Assembly: GCA_965217775.1 (NCBI GenBank)
Contig: CBDCJH010000002.1
Coordinates: 96,001-160,000 of the forward strand
Source: Acidobacteriota bacterium
Lineage (GTDB): Bacteria > Acidobacteriota > UBA6911 > RPQK01 > JAJDTT01
DNA length: 64,000 nucleotides
Direction of reading: 5' to 3'
Part shown: positions 9,901 to 19,700 of the stretch, piece by piece
How the letters are laid out: the number at the start of each line of letters is the position of its first letter
How positions within the stretch are numbered: position 1 is the first letter of the stretch
Notes under the pieces: generated by a model
Seen by the model: only the letters and a program-made list of their open reading frames with translations
What the model was told of the DNA's origin: nothing
Databases searched by the model: none
Translations under genes and position numbers: made by a program

Positions 9901-11375
9901 CGCTGACCGGCATGGAGCTGGCGGAAATGGCCATCGCGACGTTTCATACGTCCGCTCTGAAGGCGTACAAGCGGGCTTTGGAACACTTGGACCCGCCGAA
10001 ACGCTGGGCTGGATCACAACGCGCCGTTGACTTCGTCCGATCGCTCGGGTTCTCGGCGGAGTGGGCCGGACAACGGAATTCTCGCCGTCCGCCGTATCTT
10101 GATGTGGAGGGTCCGCACTCACTTCCGGAACTGCATGGTTACCAGCGCACTATCGTGGACCGGGTGCGAGACATGCTCTGCAATGGAGTCGCGGGAAACG
10201 GTGGGCGTCGAGGGATGACCAGTCTGCCTACGGGGTCGGGAAAGACGCGCGTCGCGGTGCAGGCCATTGTCGAAGCCATGCGTGATGGCTTCAATGGCGG
10301 TGTCCTGTGGGTGGCGGACCGCGACGAGCTGTGTGAGCAGGCTGTGGAAGCATGGGGGCAAGTCTGGTCCAGCGTGGGCGCTGAAGGGAAACGCTTGCGC
10401 ATTTCCAGGATGTGGGCTGGCCAGCCGCGGCCGCTGCCGGTCAGCGACCTCCACGTCATTGTCGCGACGATCCAGACGCTCAACGCCAAGTTGTCGAAAC
10501 CGCCCGGTGAATACAGTTTCCTTTCGAATTTCACCCTCGTCGTTTTCGACGAAGCCCACCGATCCATTGCGCCTACCTTCACCTCCGTCATGGAGGAGAT
10601 CGGGCTGACCCGTTGGCAGCGAAGTGAGGAGCCGTTTCTGATTGGCCTTACCGCGACGCCTTACCGGGGGCATGACGAGCGAGAAACGGCAAGGCTGGTG
10701 CGTCGCTACGGTGCCAATCGCCTGGATGCCGGGGCGTTCGCGGGCGATGAACCCGGGGAAGTCGTCCGCGAGCTGCAGGAGATGCGGGTACTGGCGCGCG
10801 CTGACCACAAAATCATCGAAGGCGGCGATTTCTCCTTGAACCGGCAGGAGTTGAAGATATTGCAGGCGATGCCTTATCCCGCCTGGTTGCCCCGTAGCGT
10901 GGAGAATCGCATCGCTCGCGACGTGGATCGAACCAAGCGTATCGTCCACGCGTACGAGAGATTCGTTGGTGATGTCAGCCCGGAGTGGCCCACGCTGGTG
11001 TTCGCCACGTCGGTGGAACACGCTCTGACGGTGGCGGCGCTGTTGAACTCTCAAGGCGTGAGGTCCAGGGCAGTGAGCGCCGCAACGGAGTCCTCCGTCC
11101 GACGAAGGATCGTCGAGGAATACCGGGCGGGAGAGATCCGGGTCTTGGTCAACTATGGCGTCTTCCGCGAAGGATTCGACGCACCCAAGACGCGAGTCAT
11201 CATCGTCGCCCGTCCCGTCTACAGTCCGAACCTCTATTTCCAGATGATCGGGAGAGGTCTGCGAGGACCGAAGAATGGCGGCAACGACCGGTGCCTGATC
11301 GTCAACGTGCGTGACAATATCGAGAATTTCGACCGCGAGCTGGCCTTCTCAGGACTGGACTGGCTTTGGGGATAG
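6924..11375 (+). CDS. fusion of antitoxin-like N-peptide, sacsin-like GHKL ATPase and SF2 (DEAH, ResIII-like) helicase, 1483 aa
   Basis: MTQEYDFSAGERGKFYRPNATLNLP; GHKL motifs ELVQNSADA, ADDG, IGRFGLGFKSV; helicase motifs LHGYQ, LPTGSGKT, DEAH, GLTATP, VFREGFDAP, QMIGRGLRG; ATG overlaps the brnT TGA. Confidence 0.85.
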   Translation: MTQEYDFSAGERGKFYRPNATLNLPQPIQKSDWADSNSPICAFIAEQTRNTLRAYREQPHLITEHANHEHDIAHGGYAHRQLFELVQNSADALANAPCGKSILVRLTENYLYCADDGDAISQDGVRALMFSHMSSKRNTSEIGRFGLGFKSVLGVTDAPEFYSRAGSFRFDREYAADCMAPFAPEGRFPVLRLPVPIEVRKAAEGDAELVELMTWATNIVRLPLKPGAGEDLAQQVRGFPPEFLLFVDHVRYLTLEGEERSRDFILERFNGELRLDTSAGSSRWKCFQITHQLSAEAQEDRRSLDDSGDVSVWWAAPLDRLNEPGYFWHFFPTKTASLLAGILNAPWKTNEDRQNLLPGPYNDELIDAAARMVARGLPNLAGERDPARHLDALPRRYEAGDTEHSNRLRDRLYEELRGRPVVPDQVGTLRRIRGVSYAPSALTQDLSGAESLREWAAASQRPTDWVHHSALRTNRIARVNRLFSPERRSLTQAPRSSIGEWLNALVDGSVGAEAIEASMTALQVAASIPQELRQGAYLGDILPTQSGDWCSPDPDGVFLSSFEDDPDADDLLVHARLVSDADTLAALKELGLKYVSAESHFQSLVRRLFRWERASVVNGWNEFWVTSRDVGTERAYAMIKARWDSAWRIQVWTRARHWQSLYSVLLPGEIVSSAGARDSDVTVDTDFHRADLKLLERLGVTDGPRPNRQLSGDPAFEWFLYTCRRKFTARDLPKKPHWRRLQFDSTVGSGPMQVLTRLSDEGRARYTDALLSLETTYGGRTLRHETQRIYPELPCPNPAVALLAEHGRIRCAGEIVPLADALGPHPANPAALSVLLSHPMASRIRRDFDLAEPEVEPVGEEDAVPLTDVWPGLAPHLSAHSMTCSLIRCLELVADGASGPESALVDSKVYLVRTDDEDRELRLVTQRLGLDLSDTQLENIRRYAAPEEVERQHAAIRRLASDAERLAQAVGADALRSGLPTSLLQVLEVDRTPLTGMELAEMAIATFHTSALKAYKRALEHLDPPKRWAGSQRAVDFVRSLGFSAEWAGQRNSRRPPYLDVEGPHSLPELHGYQRTIVDRVRDMLCNGVAGNGGRRGMTSLPTGSGKTRVAVQAIVEAMRDGFNGGVLWVADRDELCEQAVEAWGQVWSSVGAEGKRLRISRMWAGQPRPLPVSDLHVIVATIQTLNAKLSKPPGEYSFLSNFTLVVFDEAHRSIAPTFTSVMEEIGLTRWQRSEEPFLIGLTATPYRGHDERETARLVRRYGANRLDAGAFAGDEPGEVVRELQEMRVLARADHKIIEGGDFSLNRQELKILQAMPYPAWLPRSVENRIARDVDRTKRIVHAYERFVGDVSPEWPTLVFATSVEHALTVAALLNSQGVRSRAVSAATESSVRRRIVEEYRAGEIRVLVNYGVFREGFDAPKTRVIIVARPVYSPNLYFQMIGRGLRGPKNGGNDRCLIVNVRDNIENFDRELAFSGLDWLWG

Positions 11376-11452
11376 CCGTGCTGCCACTCAGGGCATGGGG
11401 GCAAGCGGCTACCGGGTCCTCCGAAGATCCGGGGTTTCGGACCGGCGGGAGG

Positions 11453-12790
11453 TCAGAACTTCCGGGTGGCCTTTCGGAAGATCTCCAGACCCTCCTGCAC
11501 GTCCTCTTCCGGCATGTTCAGCGCGGGTCGGAAGCGGATGGACCGCTCGCCGGAGGGCAGGATGAGTAGCCGGTGCCGAAAAAGGCACCGCAGGAACCGG
11601 TCCCGCGTAGGAGTGTCGGGCAGGTCGATGGCGCAAAAGGGGCCTTCGCCCCTGGCGTTGGAGAAGAGGGCAGGTGTCTCCTCGGCCAACTCGTGCAGAC
11701 CTTCCAACAGCACCCGGCCCATCCTGCGGGCGTGCTCCAGGATCCCCTCCTGCTCGTAGATCTCCAGGTAGATCCGGCACCGGACCATGTCGATGAGGCT
11801 TCCGCCCCAGGTCGAATTGATCCGCCCCGGCACCTGGAAGACGTTGTCGGGGACGTCGTCGATGCGGCCGTTGGCCATGATGCCGCAGACCTGGGTCTTC
11901 TTGCCGAAGGCCAGCAGGTCCGGCTCCGCGTAGTGCTCCAGGGCCCACATCTTTCCGGTCCCGCCCAGGCCGGTCTGCACCTCATCGTAGATGAAGAGGA
12001 GGCCGAACTCGTCGCAGATGGACCGGAGAGCTTGGTGGAACTCCCGCCGGAAATGGTTGTCTCCACCCTCCCCCTGGATCGGCTCCAGGATCAGGGAGGC
12101 GACTCGGGCCGAATTTTTCTCAAGCACCTGCCGGATCTGCCGCAGGGCCCGCTCCTCCGATTCCAGCACTGATTTGAGGTTGCCTCCCGTCAGGGGGAAG
12201 CGGCATTTGGGATTCTCGATCCGGGGCCAGTCGAACTTGGGGAAATACCGGGTCTTGTTCCGGTCGAAGGTGTTGGTGAGGGAGAGGGTGTAGCCGAGCC
12301 GTCCGTGGAAGGCCTCCCTGAAATGGATCACCTGGAGGTTCTTTTCTTCCGGGAGACCTTGGGTGCGATTCTTCCGGACCTTCCAGTCGAAAGCCACCTT
12401 GAGGGCGTTCTCCACCGCCGGGGCGCCGCCTTCCACGAAGAAGAGGTGCTTCATGGAATCGGGCAGCGCGAGGCGGCAGAAAGTGTCCACGAAGGCCCCC
12501 ATCTCGGGGGTGTACAGGTCGGAGTTGGACGGCTTGTGGAGGGCCGCCTCTCCCATTTCTTCCACCACTTCCGGGCGCGTCATGCGCGGGTGGTTGTAGC
12601 CGATGGGCGAGGTGGCGTAAAAGGCCATGAAATCGAGAAAAAACCGGTTGGTCTGGAACTCGCAGAGGCGGGACCCGCGGCTCCGGGACAGGTCGGCGAC
12701 GATCTCCACCCCGGAAGCGGGCAGATAGCGGGAGAGTATGCCGGCCGTCTCGCCGGCGTCGAGGTTTACAGTCCGTGGCGAAAGTCTCAT
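11453..12790 (-). CDS. lat: L-lysine 6-transaminase (class III PLP aminotransferase)
   Basis: HKPSNSDLYT, AVENALKVAFDWK, AFHGR.GYTLSLTNT, EPIQGEGGDNHF, DEVQTG, FGKKTQVCG and RINSTWGG motifs. Confidence 0.88.
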   Translation of the reverse strand: MRLSPRTVNLDAGETAGILSRYLPASGVEIVADLSRSRGSRLCEFQTNRFFLDFMAFYATSPIGYNHPRMTRPEVVEEMGEAALHKPSNSDLYTPEMGAFVDTFCRLALPDSMKHLFFVEGGAPAVENALKVAFDWKVRKNRTQGLPEEKNLQVIHFREAFHGRLGYTLSLTNTFDRNKTRYFPKFDWPRIENPKCRFPLTGGNLKSVLESEERALRQIRQVLEKNSARVASLILEPIQGEGGDNHFRREFHQALRSICDEFGLLFIYDEVQTGLGGTGKMWALEHYAEPDLLAFGKKTQVCGIMANGRIDDVPDNVFQVPGRINSTWGGSLIDMVRCRIYLEIYEQEGILEHARRMGRVLLEGLHELAEETPALFSNARGEGPFCAIDLPDTPTRDRFLRCLFRHRLLILPSGERSIRFRPALNMPEEDVQEGLEIFRKATRKF

Positions 12791-12927
12791 GCAGCACCGA
12801 GACCGTTCCTGCGCCCGCCGGACAAGGCGCGATGAGGGAGCATACCGGGAGTATGTGACCGAGTCGCAACGCAGTCCGCCGGGATGCAGGGACGGTCGAA
12901 TGCCATGACGACTTTCACCACGGGCTG
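12769..12927 (-). mobile_element. MITE family A, copy 1
   Basis: 159-bp copy with CAGTCCGTGG..CCACGGGCTG ends; flanks TTTA/TTCA (TSD with one mismatch). Confidence 0.9.
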
Positions 12928-12928
12928 T

Positions 12929-14326
12929 TCAGGTCGCCCGTTTCCACCTTGTTCCCTCTCGGGTGTCCTCCAGGACGATCCCTTTTTCGGACAAGAGGCT
13001 GCGGATCCGGTCGGCCCGGGAGTAATTCCGCGTTTGGCGAGCCTTCGTCCTTTCCTGGATGAGCCGGGCGATCTCGTCGTCCTCCAACTCGAGGGCCTCC
13101 AGTTGGAAGGTCTCGAAGATCCGGTTCACCTTGGAAAAGAAACTCAGGATGGCGTCGCGGTCGGGACCGCCGACCCGTTTTTCCTGCAGGAGCAGGTTGC
13201 CCTTCCGGACCAGATCGAAGATGGAAGCCAGGGCGGCTGACGTATTCAGGTCGTCGTCCAGACTGGACTCGAAGTTGCGGCCGGCGTTGACGGCCGCATC
13301 CGTCAGCTCCCGGTTTTCTTCCCGGTCGTCCGGGACCTCCCGGAGGCGCTGTATGAAGTCGTTGGCCCGCTGCAAGGCCGACTGAGCCTGGGTCATTCCC
13401 TGGAGGCTGAAGTTGAGTTGCTTCCGGTAGTGGACGCTCAACAACAGGTAGCGGACCGCCAGCGGGTCCCAACCCTGCTCCAACAGATCTCGCAGGGTGT
13501 AGAAGTTGCCCCGGGACTTGGACATCTTCTCTCCCTCCACCACCAGATGGGCGCTGTGGACCCAGTGGCGGACGAAGGGTCTGCCGGTGGCGCCCTCGCT
13601 CTGGGCGATCTCGTTCTCGTGGTGGGGAAAGACCAGGTCGACTCCCCCGGCATGCAGGTCGAAGGATTCTCCCAGGTACTCCATGCTCATGGCCGAACAC
13701 TCGATGTGCCAGCCGGGGCGGCCCGGGCCCAGTGCCGTTTCCCAATAGGCTTCATCCGGCTTTCTCGCCTTCCAGAGCACGAAGTCCCGGGGATTGTCCT
13801 TGCTGTATTCGTCGGCGTCGGTGGCATCTCCCCGTTCCGCTTCATTCAGGTCGAGGCGCGAAAGCCTGCCGTAGCCGGGAAGCCGGTCGATACGGTAGTA
13901 GATCGACCCGTCCTGCTCGTAGGTCAGACCCTTCCGGCGCAGCCGCAGGATCAGATCCACCATCTGCGAAATATGTTGGGTCGCCCGGGGCATGATCTCC
14001 GGCCGCTGGAGGCGCAAGGCTTTCATATCGTCCAGAAAGGCCTGGGTGTAACGGCTGGTGTACTCCTGAATGGGTTCGCCCCTGGCCCCGGCGCCGTTGA
14101 TGATCTTGTCGTCCACGTCCGTGATGTTCATGACGTGGGTGAGTCCGAAGCCCTTGTAGAGCAGGTAGCGGCGGAGCAGGTCCTGGAAGGTGAAGGTCCT
14201 GAAGTTCCCGATGTGAACGAAGTCGTAGACCGTGGGTCCGCAAGCGTAGAATCGCAGGTCCCGGCCCTCGATGGGGACGACCTCCTCGGTGGCCCGGGTC
14301 AGCGTGTTGTAGAGACGTAGCGACAT
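12929..14326 (-). CDS. cysS: cysteine--tRNA ligase
   Basis: CGPTVY, HIGN, NITDVDDKII, GRPGWHIECSAM, FPHHENEIAQ and KMSKS motifs. Confidence 0.98.
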   Translation of the reverse strand: MSLRLYNTLTRATEEVVPIEGRDLRFYACGPTVYDFVHIGNFRTFTFQDLLRRYLLYKGFGLTHVMNITDVDDKIINGAGARGEPIQEYTSRYTQAFLDDMKALRLQRPEIMPRATQHISQMVDLILRLRRKGLTYEQDGSIYYRIDRLPGYGRLSRLDLNEAERGDATDADEYSKDNPRDFVLWKARKPDEAYWETALGPGRPGWHIECSAMSMEYLGESFDLHAGGVDLVFPHHENEIAQSEGATGRPFVRHWVHSAHLVVEGEKMSKSRGNFYTLRDLLEQGWDPLAVRYLLLSVHYRKQLNFSLQGMTQAQSALQRANDFIQRLREVPDDREENRELTDAAVNAGRNFESSLDDDLNTSAALASIFDLVRKGNLLLQEKRVGGPDRDAILSFFSKVNRIFETFQLEALELEDDEIARLIQERTKARQTRNYSRADRIRSLLSEKGIVLEDTREGTRWKRAT

Positions 14327-14378
14327 GGAAAAATTGCAGCGAGATCTTAGTCGAAGACCGGGACTGAGGCAACGAGGC

Positions 14379-16004
14379 TCAGAGTTCGCCCTCCGTTGCC
14401 GGGGAGACGGGTGCTTCCCGGACCAGGGACTCCCGCGGCAGCCGGACCAGGCGCAGATTTCCCTCTTCCAGAAGCGATTGGGATCCCTGAAGGGCCGCCA
14501 GTTCCGTCCATCCCGACTCCTTGGTGAGCAGATAGTAGTGAGGCTGTGGGTTCTGGGACGAATATTCCCGCAAGTGCGCCAGGCTCGGGACCTCCTCCCG
14601 GGTCGCTTGGTAGCCCGTGTAATAGAGCGCGGTGTGATGGAAATAGCGGTAGAGGACCAGCGGCCGGTCCTCGCTGATCAAGGGCTGGGACGCCCTGGCC
14701 AGACCCCGGGCCGAATGGTAGTGCTCCACCACGGGTCCCAGGAACGAGAAGGCGGCCGCCGTCGCCAGCACCATTCCGCCGACCAGCGAGAGGAAGGCCC
14801 GCTCCGGCCGGCCGGAGCGTGATTCGCGAGCTCCCCAGAGGGCGGCCCCGGCCAGAGGCAACGCCACCCAGAGGCCCGAGTCGGAGGAGTAGATAGTCCG
14901 GCTCATATAGACGATGGTTCCCGCCATCAGGAGCGCCATTCCCCGCAGCACCAGCCATTGGATCCGGAGCGATCTTCTCGCCGCCGTCTCACTGGCCAGG
15001 TCCCTGTCCCACTCCAGGGCCACGAGCAGGGCCAGCGCCGGCGCGACCGGCAGGACGTAGCCGGGAAGCTTGCTCTCGCTGAGGGAGAAGAGGAGGACGG
15101 GCAGCGCCGCCCAGATCCAGAGGAAGAATTGGCCGCGGTTCAGGCCGGTCTCGCCCCGCGCGCGCCAGAGGCGGGCGCAGGAACCGGCGAGAAAGGGCGT
15201 CCAGGGGAAGAATCCCACCGCCAGGACCGCCAGGTAGTACCAGAACGGCTGGGAATGGTGGTGGAGATCCGACATGACACGGGCCAGATGGTGATTGAGC
15301 CAGAAGGTCACGAAGAAGGAGTAGCCGTTCTCGACCCAGACGCTCCAGTACCAGGGAATGGACGTCGCCAGGAACGCCGCCGTCCCCGCCAGCAGGTGTC
15401 TCCAGTGCCATTCGAGCTTCTCGATCCAGAGGAAGTAGACCGTGAAGATTCCGCCGAACAGGATCAGGGCTACGGGTCCCTTGGCCAGTGCCGCTGCTCC
15501 CAGGGCGGCGCCAGAGAGCAGTGACCAGACGGGGTTGCGGCTGGTGGTGGCCCGGTAACCGCAGACCAGGGCCACGGTGAGACCGGCGGCAAGGGGCATG
15601 TCGGTGCTTCCCGCCCGGGCGAAGATGAAGAACAGGGTGGAGGTCGACAGGATGAGAATGGACAGGACGCCCGCGCGGAAACCGGCCAAGTGCCGGGCGA
15701 GTCCTCCGACGGCAAGGACGCAGAGAATGCCCAGCAAGGCCACCGGCAGGCGAGCCGCAGTCTCGTTCACTCCGAAGACGCGGAAGCTGAGGGCCTGAAC
15801 CCAGAAGAGAAGCGGCGGCTTCTCCAGCCAGGGGAACCCTTCCAGTCTGGGCGTGACATAGTCGCCGGCCAGGAGCATCTCTTCGGAGATGCGCGCGTAG
15901 CGGGGCTCGTCGGCGCCCATGAAGGGAAGATCGCCTAGTTGGAAGAAAATCGTCAGGTAGACGGCCAGCAGGACGAAGACGATGAGATGGCGTTGGCGTC
16001 CCAC
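14379..16004 (-). CDS. ArnT/PMT-like glycosyltransferase family 39
   Basis: DEPRYA...EM, WLEKPPLLFW, ARLP, KGPV, HHSQPFWYY and SKLPGYVLP motifs; multi-TM. Confidence 0.9.
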   Translation of the reverse strand: MGRQRHLIVFVLLAVYLTIFFQLGDLPFMGADEPRYARISEEMLLAGDYVTPRLEGFPWLEKPPLLFWVQALSFRVFGVNETAARLPVALLGILCVLAVGGLARHLAGFRAGVLSILILSTSTLFFIFARAGSTDMPLAAGLTVALVCGYRATTSRNPVWSLLSGAALGAAALAKGPVALILFGGIFTVYFLWIEKLEWHWRHLLAGTAAFLATSIPWYWSVWVENGYSFFVTFWLNHHLARVMSDLHHHSQPFWYYLAVLAVGFFPWTPFLAGSCARLWRARGETGLNRGQFFLWIWAALPVLLFSLSESKLPGYVLPVAPALALLVALEWDRDLASETAARRSLRIQWLVLRGMALLMAGTIVYMSRTIYSSDSGLWVALPLAGAALWGARESRSGRPERAFLSLVGGMVLATAAAFSFLGPVVEHYHSARGLARASQPLISEDRPLVLYRYFHHTALYYTGYQATREEVPSLAHLREYSSQNPQPHYYLLTKESGWTELAALQGSQSLLEEGNLRLVRLPRESLVREAPVSPATEGEL

Positions 16005-16039
16005 GGTGGCATTCTAACCCGCATTGCACACGGGTATAT

Positions 16040-16198
16040 CAGCCCGTGGCAAAAGTCGTCACGGCATTCGACCATCCCTGCATCCCGGCGGACTGCGTTG
16101 CGACTCGGTCACATACTCCCGGGTATGCTCCCTCATCGCGCCTTGTCCGGCGGGCGCAGGAACGGTCTCGGTGCTCGCGGGACTTTCACCACGGGCTG
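16040..16198 (+). mobile_element. MITE family A, copy 2
   Basis: 159 bp, CAGCCCGTGG..CCACGGGCTG; flanks ATAT/ATCC (TSD eroded). Confidence 0.9.
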
Positions 16199-16234
16199 AT
16201 CCGGCGGCTCGGCGTCGGAACCCGCGGAAAAAAG

Positions 16235-16260
16235 AAAAGGGGTCCGGTCGGACCCCTTTT
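16235..16260 (-). terminator. intrinsic terminator downstream of groEL (bidirectional-looking)
   Basis: AAAAGGGGTCCG-GT-CGGACCCCTTTT hairpin; T-run follows on the minus strand. Confidence 0.8.
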
Positions 16261-16290
16261 CCGGTTGCCGCAAGCTTGGATTGCAGCGGA

Positions 16291-17940
<1,650 letters not shown>

Positions 17941-17995
17941 CTAAGAATTGTGGGGATCGCTGCTGTTTGCGGTGAATAAGACCGGTTCAGGCAAC

Positions 17996-18286
17996 CTAGC
18001 CCTCCAGGATGCCCAGGACTTCGGCCTCGGCCATGATCAGGTACTCCTCGTCGTCGAGGGTGACTTCGGTTCCGGCGTACTTCCCGAAAAGGACCCGATC
18101 GCCAACCTTGACCGACATGGGCTGACGCTCGCCGTTGTCGAGCACCTTTCCGTCACCGACCGCCACGATCTCACCCTCCTGGGGCTTCTCCTTCGCCGTA
18201 TCGGGAATTACGATGCCCCCGCGGAATGCTTCTTCCGACTCGATGCGCCTGATCAGTATCCGGTCCTGCAATGGCTTGATTGACAT
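17996..18286 (-). CDS. groES: co-chaperonin GroES
   Basis: IKPLQDRILI, GGIVIPDTAKEKPQEG and VKVGDRVLFGKYAG motifs. Confidence 0.99.
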   Translation of the reverse strand: MSIKPLQDRILIRRIESEEAFRGGIVIPDTAKEKPQEGEIVAVGDGKVLDNGERQPMSVKVGDRVLFGKYAGTEVTLDDEEYLIMAEAEVLGILEG

Positions 18287-18372
18287 CCGTACCCTCCTGT
18301 TGAATCGTGTATCCTTGGTTTGCGGATTTCGGGCCTCAAACCACTCGAGGCCCTATGGTCTGGGGATTTACT

Positions 18373-18399
18373 CTGGCACTCTTACTCTAAGAGTGCCAA
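18373..18399 (-). promoter_or_regulatory. CIRCE element (HrcA operator)
   Basis: CTGGCACTC-N9-GAGTGCCAA versus consensus TTAGCACTC-N9-GAGTGCTAA, upstream of groES. Confidence 0.92.
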
Positions 18400-18429
18400 A
18401 TCATAGCAAGAGGGCCGATTGCCGGTCAA
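18400..18429 (-). promoter_or_regulatory. sigma70-type groESL promoter
   Basis: Minus strand TTGACC-18 nt-TATGAT with extended TG, directly abutting CIRCE. Confidence 0.7.
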
Positions 18430-18604
18430 GAGCGCTCCCCGAAAATGTCAAATCGGCGTCCGGTTGGGAGAGTCCTTCGGGAAAGCCCACCGATCGGCCG
18501 ACGGCAAACGTTTCCTTTGAACGGATGTCGAGATGTGACTAGAATGTGTTCGCCGGGGAGGCGGAGCTTTTCCGGCTCGACCCCTGAACGAAACTGTTGA
18601 CTAG

Positions 18605-18763
18605 GAGGCTGCGCGGTAGAAATGATCGTAGCGAGAAAGTGGGGAATCGAGGCCAGATTTTCTCGATTTTGAGGTGCGTAGTTGTTCTATTCGCCGAGAA
18701 ATCGGGGAAATCTGGACCGATTCTACCGCTTTCGCAGTAGATCAATTTCTGCGGCGCAGGCTC
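18605..18763. mobile_element. MITE family B (159 bp, CTAG target duplication)
   Basis: CTAG|GAGGCTGCGCGGTAGAAATGATC...GATCAATTTCTGCGGCGCAGGCTC|CTAG; imperfect inverted repeat of about 65 bp per arm. Confidence 0.7.
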
Positions 18764-18806
18764 CTAGCGGCCCTCGGGGCCGCGAATCCCTGAAGGAGAA
18801 ACGACT

Positions 18807-19700
18807 TTGGCTGAAATGAGGACCCTGGATCTCAAAGGCGTTACCAAGGTGAACCGCGGAAAGGTTCGCGAAATCTTCGGTTTGGACGGCCACCTGCTGC
18901 TGGTGGCGACCGACCGCATCTCGGCATTCGACGTGGTGCTCCCCACCGTGATTCCCGACAAGGGGAAGGTCCTGAACCAGTTGTCCGCATTCTGGTTCTC
19001 CCTGTTGGACGATCTGGTGGACAATCACATGGTGTCGATCTCGGTCCGGGAGTTTCCGCGCCAGTTGCATCCCTTCCAGGATCAACTCCGCGGCCGTTCC
19101 ATGCTGGTTCGGCGGTGCGATCCGTTGCCGGTGGAGTGCGTCGTGCGAGGCTTCATGGCGGGATCGGGCTGGAAGGAGTACCAGGTCGACGGCACCATCT
19201 GCGGCATCCCGCTTCCCCCGGGTCTGGGGGAGTCGGACGAGCTTCCCGAGCCCATCTTCACTCCGGCGACCAAGGCGAAGACGGGCCACGACGAGAACAT
19301 AACGTTCGAGAGGTGCGTCGAGATCATCGGTGAGGATCTGGCCTGCCGGGTTCGGGATCTGAGTCTCGCCATCTACAGCCGCGCCCGGGATTACGCCCTG
19401 GAACGAGGCATCATCATTTGCGACACCAAGTTCGAATTCGGCTTGGACGGTTCCGACCTGCTTCTCATCGACGAGGTGCTGACTCCCGATTCGTCGCGTT
19501 TCTGGCCGGCCGAGTCGTACCAGCCGGGAGGATCTCAACCTTCCTTCGACAAGCAGTACGTCCGGGATTACCTGGAGACGCTGGATTGGGACAAGACCCC
19601 GCCCGGGCCCACGCTTCCGGACCGGATCGGAGCGGCGACCTCGGATCGGTATCTTGAGGCTTTTCTTCGGCTCACCGGTGAGCATCTGAAGACAAATTGA
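18807..19700 (+). CDS. purC: SAICAR synthase
   Basis: GKVREIF, TDRISAFDV, PVECVVRG, FTPATKA, DTKFEFG, DEVLTPDSSRFW and SFDKQYVRD motifs. Confidence 0.97.
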   Translation: MAEMRTLDLKGVTKVNRGKVREIFGLDGHLLLVATDRISAFDVVLPTVIPDKGKVLNQLSAFWFSLLDDLVDNHMVSISVREFPRQLHPFQDQLRGRSMLVRRCDPLPVECVVRGFMAGSGWKEYQVDGTICGIPLPPGLGESDELPEPIFTPATKAKTGHDENITFERCVEIIGEDLACRVRDLSLAIYSRARDYALERGIIICDTKFEFGLDGSDLLLIDEVLTPDSSRFWPAESYQPGGSQPSFDKQYVRDYLETLDWDKTPPGPTLPDRIGAATSDRYLEAFLRLTGEHLKTN

